From a virus (lineage: Duplodnaviria; Caudoviricetes), in IMG/VR virus record IMGVR_UViG_3300031963_009887, positions 24,080-88,079 of that record: 64,000 nucleotides of DNA. One strand, written 5' to 3'. Below the pieces are notes generated by a model. That model saw only the letters and a program-made list of their open reading frames with translations, had not been told where the DNA came from and did not search any database. The position numbers were made by a program, and so were the translations under genes. Positions within the stretch are counted from its first letter, which is position 1. Every line of letters starts with the position of its first letter. Of this stretch, positions 40,048 to 49,617 are shown piece by piece.

Positions 40048-41714
40048 TGGAAAAAAAAGAAATTTTTAAACAGGAATTTAAAAGTTATGAAACTCATCTT
40101 TATCAGGACCATCTTGTTTTTGAAAACTATAGGGGTTATGATAAATCAAAAATACGAAAAGGTATTTTTGAACTTTCAGGGGAATCACATCACGATGAAG
40201 AAAGTTTTTTAGAAAACTATTCAAATTTAATGTGTGCCGTCACCCAAAGAAATAAAATGATTGTTTTAGAGGAAAGTGGTGATAAACTATCTTTGAAATT
40301 ATTTATTTCAGTTTACCATAGAAGAGTTGGTATTAGGTTTTTTGGTAAAATAAAAAATTGTTATTTTTTAACAGTTAATAGAAGGACTGGCGATTTTTAT
40401 GTTGGTCACATTTTAAATTATCAAAACAAAAGAAAGTTTACAAAGGTAATAAGAAAGAATCCATGTAATTATCTTGGGATGATTTCAGAACAACTCTCAA
40501 TGATTACATCACCATATAAAAACAATCTTCATGATGGTACAATAAAAAGAAATTTATTATCAGAATTTTCATACGCATTGGGATTTCATAATTTTCCTGA
40601 AATAAACTATGATATGAATAATATTGAATTAGCTAAAAGTTTAGTTAGGTATTCCTTACTTAAAAAAGGTGTCAAATTACCTAATAATTTTAATGCGTTT
40701 ATTGATGTACAATACTTAGAACATTTACCAAAATTCAACGTTTTAAAAAAACATAACTTAAAATTTATTGATGCCTTCATGTCACATCACGGTATTAGTG
40801 GTAATGAAATTAAGAAAAATTTGCATGTGTGTAATCATACAAATATCCACTCTCTTAGGTATACGATAAAATATTTTGGTTATGATAAAGTTTATCAAAA
40901 TAAAATTATATTAGATTTATTAAATCAACCAAGTAACAACTGTATGTATAATTTTCCTGATGACTTCACCAAAAGTGAAAAAGAAAAAATATTTACATAC
41001 TTCAAATGGCAATTAAATGGTGATATTAATCAAAATACATTGAACGACCATATAATGTATTACAACCAATTAAAAACATACGGTGAACAAGTTTCACTAA
41101 ACGCTAAAACAATTGATGATTTTGTAACCGAACATGCTAATTGGTCCGTTTTAATATCAACATATAAACAAGGGTACCATGTAAGAAATTATAATGATGG
41201 GTTTGTGGACAACGTAGAACAATCAATATATGATTTCAGTGGTATTGAATACCAACCAGTGTTATTACGTTCTTCTGATGAATATAATGAGGAAAGCGCA
41301 TATCAAAATAACTGTGTAAGAACATATATTGATAAATGTCCAAGTGTTATAGTTTCTTTAAGAAATGCAAATGGGGTGGAAAGAGGAACAATTGAATATA
41401 TGTTAAACTATGACCCATCAAAGAAAAAGTTGAATATAACAAGAGTTCAATATTTGGGTAAATTTAATAAATCACTTCCTGAATCTTGGAATCATATTAT
41501 GGAAATTTTGGACGGACAAGTTAATAAAGCCTTGAACTCTGAAACATTTGAAATGTTTATGAAAACACAATATATTAACAATAAGACAGTTAAAAGAAAA
41601 ATGATACTTAAAGAACCAAATGACTCACAATTAGGTCAATATTATATTGGATTGGTACAATGGGACAAAACAGTTGAATCATCAAACAATTTTAATTTTG
41701 ATTTGGATTTTTAA
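40047..41714 (+). CDS. PcfJ-like domain protein
   Basis: EYNEESAYQNNCVRTY..IVSLR..RGTIEY..RVQYLGKFN. Confidence 0.7.
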   Translation: MEKKEIFKQEFKSYETHLYQDHLVFENYRGYDKSKIRKGIFELSGESHHDEESFLENYSNLMCAVTQRNKMIVLEESGDKLSLKLFISVYHRRVGIRFFGKIKNCYFLTVNRRTGDFYVGHILNYQNKRKFTKVIRKNPCNYLGMISEQLSMITSPYKNNLHDGTIKRNLLSEFSYALGFHNFPEINYDMNNIELAKSLVRYSLLKKGVKLPNNFNAFIDVQYLEHLPKFNVLKKHNLKFIDAFMSHHGISGNEIKKNLHVCNHTNIHSLRYTIKYFGYDKVYQNKIILDLLNQPSNNCMYNFPDDFTKSEKEKIFTYFKWQLNGDINQNTLNDHIMYYNQLKTYGEQVSLNAKTIDDFVTEHANWSVLISTYKQGYHVRNYNDGFVDNVEQSIYDFSGIEYQPVLLRSSDEYNEESAYQNNCVRTYIDKCPSVIVSLRNANGVERGTIEYMLNYDPSKKKLNITRVQYLGKFNKSLPESWNHIMEILDGQVNKALNSETFEMFMKTQYINNKTVKRKMILKEPNDSQLGQYYIGLVQWDKTVESSNNFNFDLDF

Positions 41715-41733
41715 TTTTTAAGTATTAACTTTG
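41702..41733 (+). promoter_or_regulatory. Bacteroidota-type promoter TTTG-N20-TAACTTTG
   Basis: Consensus match. Confidence 0.7.
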
Positions 41734-41765
41734 TGAAACAAAACAATAGATAATTATATAAGACA

Positions 41766-41918
41766 ATGGCAAAGAAACCCGTAAAATCAAGCTCAAACTT
41801 TTCTGCTAAGTACAAAGAAAAAGCAAAAATCTCTCGTCCTGGCGTTCACGCTAAAACAAAAACTTCTAACCATAAAAAATCAGTGAATTATGTGAAGAAA
41901 TCACGTGGACAAGGATAA
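41766..41918 (+). CDS. 50-aa highly basic peptide ending in RGQG (not in the ORF track)
   Basis: MAKKPVKSSSNFSAKYKEKAKISRPGVHAKTKTSNHKKSVNYVKKSRGQG; promoter upstream. Confidence 0.75.
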   Translation: MAKKPVKSSSNFSAKYKEKAKISRPGVHAKTKTSNHKKSVNYVKKSRGQG

Positions 41919-42231
41919 TAACATAGGGGTCCCTTTACACATATTGGATTTGTATAAACATTTACATACAAATCCTATTGCATCAATATGGGATTATGGA
42001 TTTGTATCCGTTGATTTGGTAAAAGAATCTAAAGCCAAACCTGTATTTGAAAGAGTTACTAGTGAAGGGACTCAATTTGAGTTGTATTACAACACAACTG
42101 ACTATGACATTTTTTTGAATAGAAGTGTTGATAGTTTTGAGTTATATTTTTTATATGATGCAACCAGAAAAGATTCGGTTACGTTAGCGGCAAATACAAT
42201 GAGAAAGTATAAAATTAAATTTGAAGAATAA
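41905..42231 (+). CDS. Hypothetical protein (start uncertain)
   Basis: ORF track. Confidence 0.55.
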   Translation: MDKDNNIGVPLHILDLYKHLHTNPIASIWDYGFVSVDLVKESKAKPVFERVTSEGTQFELYYNTTDYDIFLNRSVDSFELYFLYDATRKDSVTLAANTMRKYKIKFEE

Positions 42232-42241
42232 TAATTAAGTA

Positions 42242-42556
42242 ATGGAATTAACAACAGAACAACTAAAAGAAAAATTACAATCCAATGAAAAATTCATCTT
42301 GGATTTGTATGCATCATGGTGTGGACCATGTAAGGTATTATCACCGATTCTTGAAAAAGTTTCAAGTAAACTAAAAGAATCAAACTCAGACGTTAGTGTC
42401 TATAAATTCAACATTGAGAGCGATTCAGAACTTGTAAGTTCACTTGGTGTAAGAGCGGTTCCAACCCTTAAATTTTATTCAGGTGGACAAAACACAAGAA
42501 CACAAACAGGTATGATGAGTGAACAAGCTCTTATTGAAGCGGCACAAGTATTATGA
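42242..42556 (+). CDS. trxA: Thioredoxin
   Basis: LDLYASWCGPCK, VRAVPT. Confidence 0.9.
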   Translation: MELTTEQLKEKLQSNEKFILDLYASWCGPCKVLSPILEKVSSKLKESNSDVSVYKFNIESDSELVSSLGVRAVPTLKFYSGGQNTRTQTGMMSEQALIEAAQVL

Positions 42557-42840
42557 TAACTAAATTATATCTTTTTACTATGGAGGGATGTCCTCATTGT
42601 CAAGACATGAAAAAACTTCTTGATGAGAGTGGCATTGATTATGAAGTAAGAGATATTGACGAGTACGAAGAAGAGTACGAAGAATTTCAAAAGATTGTTG
42701 AAAATGATTATGTACCAGCACTTTTAGGTGTGAAACTTAAAGATGGTAAATTGGTTGAACATTCAGCAATGGCACCCGATAGAGATTTCCAAGAGTTGGA
42801 AGAAGCGTTAGAAAAAGTCAAGAACTTTATTAACGGGTAA
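42553..42840 (+). CDS. Glutaredoxin/NrdH-like redoxin
   Basis: FTMEGCPHC, YVP. Confidence 0.85.
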   Translation: MITKLYLFTMEGCPHCQDMKKLLDESGIDYEVRDIDEYEEEYEEFQKIVENDYVPALLGVKLKDGKLVEHSAMAPDRDFQELEEALEKVKNFING

Positions 42841-42857
42841 GGTAACTGAATTATATG

Positions 42858-42913
42858 AACCCCAAGAAAAATCTTGGGGTTTTTTGTTTGTTTAAATATT
42901 TTAACTATATTTG
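42858..42913 (+). promoter_or_regulatory. Terminator (aaccccaaga/tcttggggtt) followed by promoter TTTG-N19-TATATTTG
   Basis: Hairpin with T run; -7 element 4 nt before ATG 42918. Confidence 0.75.
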
Positions 42914-42917
42914 TATT

Positions 42918-43343
42918 ATGAAAATTTCTGAAATCCAAAAACGCAAATTTTATGAAATGGGTAATGAATTACCTAAATGTGTGAATGTTGGTTGTAAAAA
43001 TAAAGTTGCTGTAAGAAGTTGGTCTAATTGGTCTTTTAAAACAGAATGTTCTAAATGTCAAGACGATAGAAAAAAAGGTATAATTAGAGAAGGGATTACA
43101 ATTCATAAGAAGAAATATTGTGAAAATATTGATGGTCATTTAGGTTTTAAATGTCCTGTACCCAATAAAGAAAGTTGGGATGGATTTGAAATTGGGTGCT
43201 TAGACTTAGACCATATAGATGGCAATCACTATAATAACGATATTTACAATGTAAGGACTTATTGTAAACTTTGTCATAATCGTAAGAGTATTGAAAATGG
43301 AGATTGTTCCAACACTAAACCAACTAGTAGAAAATTTAATTAA
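42918..43343 (+). CDS. HNH endonuclease with Cys-rich N-terminus
   Basis: LDLDHIDGNHYNNDIYNVRTYCKLCH. Confidence 0.85.
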   Translation: MKISEIQKRKFYEMGNELPKCVNVGCKNKVAVRSWSNWSFKTECSKCQDDRKKGIIREGITIHKKKYCENIDGHLGFKCPVPNKESWDGFEIGCLDLDHIDGNHYNNDIYNVRTYCKLCHNRKSIENGDCSNTKPTSRKFN

Positions 43344-44140
43344 TGAAACATGAAATAATTTTAGGTGATTGTGAATTAAAATTAAAGGAATTACTTGATT
43401 CATCTATTCATTTAACATGGACATCACCACCATATTATAACGCTAAATCATATTCACAATGGCCTACATATGATGATTATTTAGTTTTTTTAGAAAAAGT
43501 TTTTTTGGAAGTTTTCAGAATAACTAAAGAGGGACGCATGTGCGTTGTTAATTTATCACCAGTAATAGTCCAAAGAATTAATAGAAATTCCGAAAGCAAA
43601 AGACTACCAATACCGTTTCATTTTTTTTCAATAATGGAAAAAATTGGATGGAAATATCTTGAAGATATTTTATGGGTTAAACCAGAAGGTTCTGCTATAA
43701 ATAGAAATGGTGGGTTTTTTCAACACAGAAAACCGGTTGCTTATAAACCTAATTTAGTTTCAGAAACAATATTTGTATTTCAAAAACCTGCAAATTTTTT
43801 GATAGATAAAATAGTCCGTTCATATTCTGGAGATATCTTAAAAGAATCATTAGTAACTGATGATTATGAAAGAAGTAATGTTTGGTATATAAATCCTGAA
43901 ACACACTCAAAACATTTAGCGCCATACCCTGAAGAACTTTCTGATAAAATTGTAAAATATTATTCTTTTGTTGGGGACAAGATATTAGACCCTTTTTTGG
44001 GTTCAGGTACCACATTGTTATCAGCGAAAAAATTAAATAGAGATTGTGTAGGAATTGAAATACATCAAGAATATATTGATATGTCTTTAAAACGACTTGA
44101 AGATTATGATAAGAAAAATAGTCAAATTAAAATATTTTAA
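43343..44140 (+). CDS. Beta-class N4-cytosine/N6-adenine DNA methyltransferase
   Basis: TSPPY, HLAPYPEEL, ILDPFLGSGTT. Confidence 0.9.
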   Translation: MKHEIILGDCELKLKELLDSSIHLTWTSPPYYNAKSYSQWPTYDDYLVFLEKVFLEVFRITKEGRMCVVNLSPVIVQRINRNSESKRLPIPFHFFSIMEKIGWKYLEDILWVKPEGSAINRNGGFFQHRKPVAYKPNLVSETIFVFQKPANFLIDKIVRSYSGDILKESLVTDDYERSNVWYINPETHSKHLAPYPEELSDKIVKYYSFVGDKILDPFLGSGTTLLSAKKLNRDCVGIEIHQEYIDMSLKRLEDYDKKNSQIKIF

Positions 44141-44145
44141 TCAAT

Positions 44146-44670
44146 ATGGACTTGTCATATAAAGAAAAAGGAAAAGACGTAAGACATAATCCTTTAAAGT
44201 ATTATGTTACTGGTGATGGAACGGCAATTGGAATCTATCAGGGATTTCGTGGTGAAAACCCTGATTTAGATTTCATTGTGAAATACAAATCAAAAGGTCA
44301 AAGGTTACGTACACCAAGTCACACACATTGGATTGTTGACCTATTAGTTAAGTGTGAATACAGTAAAAAAATTGTTGGGGAATATGTTCAGACAATGTTG
44401 GATTATTACGAAAGAACCGAACCATTTAATAGTGTGGATGAAAGGAATAACTACGAGTTATTGTTTTACCCAACTTTTGATTATGATAGTTTAAATCAAC
44501 ACGGATATTACTCTATTGAAACATTGACAGCCTTTATTGAATTATTCACCAAGTGTGAAAAACAAACCACAGGGGCATTTATGTTTAAAACATTACTCCA
44601 ATTGGTTAAGGATTACTGTGATGGTAAAAAAGATTTCTACCAAATTGTTGGTTACTCCAAACGAGTTTAA
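44146..44670 (+). CDS. Hypothetical protein immediately downstream of the methyltransferase
   Basis: 174-aa ORF with RTPSHTHW motif; no family recognised. Confidence 0.7.
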   Translation: MDLSYKEKGKDVRHNPLKYYVTGDGTAIGIYQGFRGENPDLDFIVKYKSKGQRLRTPSHTHWIVDLLVKCEYSKKIVGEYVQTMLDYYERTEPFNSVDERNNYELLFYPTFDYDSLNQHGYYSIETLTAFIELFTKCEKQTTGAFMFKTLLQLVKDYCDGKKDFYQIVGYSKRV

Positions 44671-45533
44671 ACCAGTACAATATCATTTAACTTATCATTT
44701 CTAAGCCAAGGGTAATTTTCATTCTCGTGAAGAATTTCATTGGCAAAGTCATAAACTTCTAAGTTTAAATCTTCAATAACTTTATTAACCTCAAAGTTAA
44801 AAATATCCAAAACTAAACTTTCAGTCCACTTCTTTGAAGTTAAGAAATATTCACTATCAATTTCAAAGTTAACATTATCCCAATACAATTGGTCCACAGG
44901 ATTATTTGTATTAACAGATAGTTTTACAACATTACACAACCCAGCTTCAAACAAGGTATGTGCGATGTATCTGAACAACATGTAAATGTATTTTTCACTG
45001 TTTAAGTCTTTACCAAAAATTGGTAACGAGGTAAAGACTTTGGTGTTGGGTTTCCAATCTATATAACCCTTAGGTAATTTTACTTCATTTACGTTTGAAA
45101 TCGTTTCAATATAAACATCCGTATTAAAACATTTGATATTGGTGTAACATTCTTTTTTATTTAGTTTGAGTATTTCAGAATACTTTGTAAAATTTTCAGA
45201 TAATGTTTTTTTGTATTTTGAAAAATGTTCTGTGTATAAAATTGTACTTGAAACTCTTTTGGTATTATATGATATTAAGTCAAATACTTTAACAATCATT
45301 TTTAAGGGTTCAGGGACGTTCTCCATGACACTATTGAATATTTCGGTAATGTCTAATGGTTCTGTGTATTCTGTTTCACCACAGGTCATAAAAAAACTAT
45401 TTACGTTGGTAACAGATATGTTGACGTATAATTTTGGGTCAACGGATTTAATTTTTTCAACTATTGAATTTGCTAGTAGATTACATAAATTGTCCCCATA
45501 ATATGGGTTGTAGATTACATTTTCATTTGACAT
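44667..45533 (-). CDS. Degenerate S-adenosylmethionine synthetase (MetK)-like protein
   Basis: N-term GDNLCNLLANSIVEKIKSVDPKLYV..MTCGET parallels MetK HPDKICDQISDAILD..QDP..VAGEI; C-term GKD..EK..RYIAHTLFEAGLC parallels GKDPSKVDRS..RYIAKN.VAAGL; GHPD, GAGDQG and GGGAF motifs absent. Confidence 0.6.
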   Translation of the reverse strand: MSNENVIYNPYYGDNLCNLLANSIVEKIKSVDPKLYVNISVTNVNSFFMTCGETEYTEPLDITEIFNSVMENVPEPLKMIVKVFDLISYNTKRVSSTILYTEHFSKYKKTLSENFTKYSEILKLNKKECYTNIKCFNTDVYIETISNVNEVKLPKGYIDWKPNTKVFTSLPIFGKDLNSEKYIYMLFRYIAHTLFEAGLCNVVKLSVNTNNPVDQLYWDNVNFEIDSEYFLTSKKWTESLVLDIFNFEVNKVIEDLNLEVYDFANEILHENENYPWLRNDKLNDIVLV

Positions 45534-45563
45534 GAAACAATGGTAGATGATAAATTTAAAATG

Positions 45564-46607
45564 TTAAATATTGTCTCGGAAATATTCATTAAATAATGTA
45601 TCTATATCTCCGTAGTCAGGACTAACTCTATCTAAATTAAGTCTAATTTCATCTGCATAATATTCTTTTAATATCCACTCAAAACTACCTAAATTATCAA
45701 AAGCGTTATACTCATCAAAATCAGACATGTTGTTGTCAACAGTATCTATAATCATTTGTTTTATAACCTTTGTAATATTAACAAAATAAATGTCTTTTAT
45801 TCTTGGAATTCTTTTACCTTCTTTATCATAGGTAAAACCCTCTTTTGTTCCCCAATATCCTAAATCTTGTGTTTCAAAGAAATCTTTTAACTCATCCATT
45901 GTTTTGTTATAGTATGCGTCTCTTTCGGCAGTTGAATACGCATCCCCATAAGCGTTTGTTAATAAAAATCCTAACTCATGAAATTCAGGCGAGTCAGTTA
46001 ATAAACTGGCTATAGAATCATCATCACCCATTATTTCCTCTAACCTTTCTTGTGTTAATTTAAACATATCACCAGATTCATCAGACTCAACATAGGATGA
46101 TATTGTATCATCATCACCATTATATTCAACAAACTGGCCCACATGTTTACTTAAATAATTGGACATTTCAATTTTGCTTTTTGTGTCTAAATCACCAATT
46201 AAATTAGAAAGTTCCATTCCAAAATCAGAAAAACTATAATGATATGGGTCGTAATCATTTGACAAAATTGATTCAACAAAATTTTTGGCATCAGAACGGA
46301 ATAAGAATTTTAAATCTGACAAATCAGATAATTCCATATAATACTTTCCGTCTTCTTTTTTTACATCAATTAAATGTCTGTCAATTATATAATCAATTGT
46401 TTTTTCAGGGTTTTTGACCATCCAATACTTAATAATATTTTTTGGGTATAAATCATATATTGAATCATCAATATCATCTGACATTTCAATATAACCTTCG
46501 TCTATAACATATTTAAAAAACAATTCGTAGTCGTTATTAAAATAACGTTTTATAACTGTTTGTAATTCTTCGGTATCACCGTCCTTAATTAATTGTTCAA
46601 TGTCCAT
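45564..46607 (-). CDS. Acidic hypothetical protein
   Basis: 347-aa ORF; TATTTAT 5 nt upstream. Confidence 0.75.
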   Translation of the reverse strand: MDIEQLIKDGDTEELQTVIKRYFNNDYELFFKYVIDEGYIEMSDDIDDSIYDLYPKNIIKYWMVKNPEKTIDYIIDRHLIDVKKEDGKYYMELSDLSDLKFLFRSDAKNFVESILSNDYDPYHYSFSDFGMELSNLIGDLDTKSKIEMSNYLSKHVGQFVEYNGDDDTISSYVESDESGDMFKLTQERLEEIMGDDDSIASLLTDSPEFHELGFLLTNAYGDAYSTAERDAYYNKTMDELKDFFETQDLGYWGTKEGFTYDKEGKRIPRIKDIYFVNITKVIKQMIIDTVDNNMSDFDEYNAFDNLGSFEWILKEYYADEIRLNLDRVSPDYGDIDTLFNEYFRDNI

Positions 46608-46620
46608 TGATTATAAATAT

Positions 46621-46649
46621 AAAAAAAGGGAAGATTTTCATCCTCCCTT
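46621..46649 (-). terminator. Intrinsic terminator (minus strand)
   Basis: Reverse complement aagggaggat-gaaa-atcttccctt plus T run. Confidence 0.7.
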
Positions 46650-46670
46650 AAAAAGTTCTTTTAACACTAC

Positions 46671-46799
46671 TTACTTTTTAACTTGTTGATAGTATTTTTC
46701 AACAGTTTTTTTAACCACATTTGCAACTGCTTCGTTTGTAGTCTGAGGCTGTTGAACAGGTGGTTGAGCTGGTTGATTACCTTTGCATCCGCATCCCAT
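46671..46799 (-). CDS. 42-aa peptide MGCGCKGNQPAQPPVQQP... (not in the ORF track)
   Basis: Hand-translated; TATTTAT motif upstream (46829-46835) and terminator downstream. Confidence 0.65.
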   Translation of the reverse strand: MGCGCKGNQPAQPPVQQPQTTNEAVANVVKKTVEKYYQQVKK

Positions 46800-46885
46800 A
46801 GTTGTATTATTTAATTGAGTTTATTACTATAAATATTATCCTTATTTTTTATATTAGTAAAAACTGAATATTTATCAATAAAAAA

Positions 46886-48700
46886 ATGTCATTAGTTCAA
46901 ATTATATTGGAGGGTAGAAAAGAAGATTTTGCAAAGAAGTTTTCAAATAAATTTACTGAAGAACAATTACGTGCCATTATTGATAAGTCAGACGTATTAC
47001 CGGGTCAACACAAATACCTTAACTTTTTGGGTAAAGTGGTAAACCCAAAAAACTTTAATACTGATTTAAACATTGTGGTAAAACTGTTAGAAAAGTTTTC
47101 AACTGTTAGCCAAAATTTAAGTTTAAAAGATATTAACCAATATGATAAGATTAGCACACTTAAAAAAGTGTTGGATGATTATGACAACCGTATAAGACGT
47201 GAAATTAAAACAGTTGATGATGCTGATGTGGTTTATGAAGATGATGAAATGACTGTTGTTTCACCTAAAACACATAAATCATCTTGTTATTTTGGTTCAG
47301 GTACAAAATGGTGTACTGCTGCTAGTGACTCAGGACACTACGATAGATATAACCAAGACGGTAAATTATTTTACTTTGTAAGTAAAACCAAACCAACATC
47401 GGACCCAACATATAAAGTTGCATTACTGAAAAAATTTGATGGTACTGAAACTTATTATAACGCTCCTGATGATTCATTTAGAACAGGTTGGATTTTTGGA
47501 ACCGAAAAATTAGAAAAGATATTATCAAGGATTAATTCATACATTAGTACAACATTTGCCGACCAACTTAAAATATGGAATGACAAAGAATTAGCGGAAA
47601 AAGAAAGACAAAGATTAAACAGAGAGGCTAATGAAAGAATACAAAGACAAAAATTGGAACTAGCCGAACAAAGAAGACAAACTAATGAGTGGGATATTGA
47701 AGACACTGATGACATTGGTTTAAGAGCAAATGCATTGTTTAAATACTTAGTTTCAATAGGTGAGTTAGAAGAATTGACACCTGAACTTAAGGCACAATTT
47801 GACCGTGCTAAAAGACAATTGGCTGAATACCAAAGACAATATGATTCGCAAGAAAATGCATATGAAGATACTGACTTAATTGCGGATATGGCGGCGGTAG
47901 AAGAAGAATTAGATGAATTTGAACAATTATCGGATGTTTACGTTTTATTACCTGTCCAATACGGGCATTATGGTTTAACTCAATTTGAAAATATGGTTGA
48001 TGGAACTGAATGGGCGGTTGGTGATGAAGGTGAAATGGAAGAAGCATCACGTGAGGCGGTTGAAAGCATGTTGGACGATATTGGTATTGCAGGGTTTAAC
48101 CGTTCTTTTGTTGAAAACCATATAGACGAAGATGGTGTTGAGTCATATATTAGAGATTTCTTTGACCATGATGTTAATGAAAATCCTGAAGTTTATTTAG
48201 ATGACGATAGTAAAAACTTAAGTAGTTCACAAGAAGAAGAAATTGCGAAATTAAAACAAGAGGAAATTGAATTAGAATCCAAAAGAAACGAACTTGAAAC
48301 TCAAAAAGAAGCGTATGATACTGGAAATGAAGATTGGGAAGAACAATACGATGCGTTTAATGATATGATTTTTGAAATAGAAGACAGACTTTTAGAAATA
48401 CCAGACGAAATTGAGGAAATAAATGATAACCCTGATGGTGACTATGACCAAAATGATATTGACAAAATAATTGATGACCAAGTATATCAATATACAAGTA
48501 ACATAGAAAGTTTTGTAAGTAATTTTATGGGTATGGATTATTTTCAATGGATTCTTGACCATGATTTTATTAATAAGGAAGAACTTATTGAAAGTGTTGT
48601 TGATTCAGACGGTTATGGTTTTAGTTTAAATTCTTATGACGGTGATGTTAATGAAGAAGTTATAGATGGTACAACATATTATATAGTTAGAGTAAATTAA
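46886..48700 (+). CDS. WCT-motif domain protein with a large acidic C-terminal region
   Basis: SCYFGSGTKWCTAA..YDRYNQDGKLFYF; leader MSLVQIILE; TATTTAT upstream. Confidence 0.75.
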   Translation: MSLVQIILEGRKEDFAKKFSNKFTEEQLRAIIDKSDVLPGQHKYLNFLGKVVNPKNFNTDLNIVVKLLEKFSTVSQNLSLKDINQYDKISTLKKVLDDYDNRIRREIKTVDDADVVYEDDEMTVVSPKTHKSSCYFGSGTKWCTAASDSGHYDRYNQDGKLFYFVSKTKPTSDPTYKVALLKKFDGTETYYNAPDDSFRTGWIFGTEKLEKILSRINSYISTTFADQLKIWNDKELAEKERQRLNREANERIQRQKLELAEQRRQTNEWDIEDTDDIGLRANALFKYLVSIGELEELTPELKAQFDRAKRQLAEYQRQYDSQENAYEDTDLIADMAAVEEELDEFEQLSDVYVLLPVQYGHYGLTQFENMVDGTEWAVGDEGEMEEASREAVESMLDDIGIAGFNRSFVENHIDEDGVESYIRDFFDHDVNENPEVYLDDDSKNLSSSQEEEIAKLKQEEIELESKRNELETQKEAYDTGNEDWEEQYDAFNDMIFEIEDRLLEIPDEIEEINDNPDGDYDQNDIDKIIDDQVYQYTSNIESFVSNFMGMDYFQWILDHDFINKEELIESVVDSDGYGFSLNSYDGDVNEEVIDGTTYYIVRVN

Positions 48701-48736
48701 TATACATAAATTTTTAAATTGAATTAAATTATTGAT

Positions 48737-49468
48737 ATGAAAACAGATTGGATGATAGATGAACCAATTGACTTTGAATATCACAAATACAAAATGTTGG
48801 GGTATTTTCAAAAAATGGCTCAAGAACTTGATGACTTTAAGTTATACCCACATTTTCAACAAATCTCATTACATTTTGCCAACTTTTCAAATTTAAAAGG
48901 AAAGGACCAATATATTAACTTGGTGAATGAGTTAGAAGAAATTGATGATGAAATATTATTAAGTGATTTGGAATATAAAAATGTTCCCGAAATGTCACCA
49001 CAAGATTATGCTGAATACAGAATGATTGTTGATTTTGGCGAAGAAAAATTCAAAGAATATTTTTTGGTTGCAAAAACAATTTGGCAAACACTTTATGAAA
49101 CGATATGGTTGTCATTATTAGAAAACGACGAGGAGTTAAAAAGAGGTCGTGGATATGTTTTTTTTGATTATGGGGGTAGAAAATACCTTTATAGATACGA
49201 ACTTAAAAAATTCAAAAGAAATAAAAATGAAAAGAAAATTGTTGTTACAAAATTGGTTGACACAACAGAATCTTTTGATATTGGAAAAGAAATTACCAAT
49301 GACAAATATGAAGCAAAGAAACCAGGACATCCTGTATTCGTGCTTAAAATAAAAGACAATACAGATTCAATTGTGTCATTGGAACAAACCATATTACCAA
49401 TGATTAAAAGAAAGATTAATTCATTTCTTGCCCAAACGGTTAAAGGAAAAAAAGAAAAACAACTATGA
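48737..49468 (+). CDS. Hypothetical protein (IDFEYHKYKMLGY motif)
   Basis: 243-aa ORF. Confidence 0.7.
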   Translation: MKTDWMIDEPIDFEYHKYKMLGYFQKMAQELDDFKLYPHFQQISLHFANFSNLKGKDQYINLVNELEEIDDEILLSDLEYKNVPEMSPQDYAEYRMIVDFGEEKFKEYFLVAKTIWQTLYETIWLSLLENDEELKRGRGYVFFDYGGRKYLYRYELKKFKRNKNEKKIVVTKLVDTTESFDIGKEITNDKYEAKKPGHPVFVLKIKDNTDSIVSLEQTILPMIKRKINSFLAQTVKGKKEKQL

Positions 49469-49602
49469 CTACAGAACAAATATTGGAAGAGATTTTTAGA
49501 TTAGAAAAAGAAAACCCAAACAATTATGCGTTGGGTGAAGAAGTAAGAAAATTAATTTGGGTAATACAAAAAGGTGAAGAGGTTGTTAATTTAAAAAAAT
49601 AA
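49465..49602 (+). CDS. 45-aa peptide MTTEQILEEIFRLEKENPNNYALGEEVRK...
   Basis: Hand-translated; coupled to the upstream stop. Confidence 0.5.
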   Translation: MTTEQILEEIFRLEKENPNNYALGEEVRKLIWVIQKGEEVVNLKK

Positions 49603-49617
49603 TCTTACCTTTGTATT

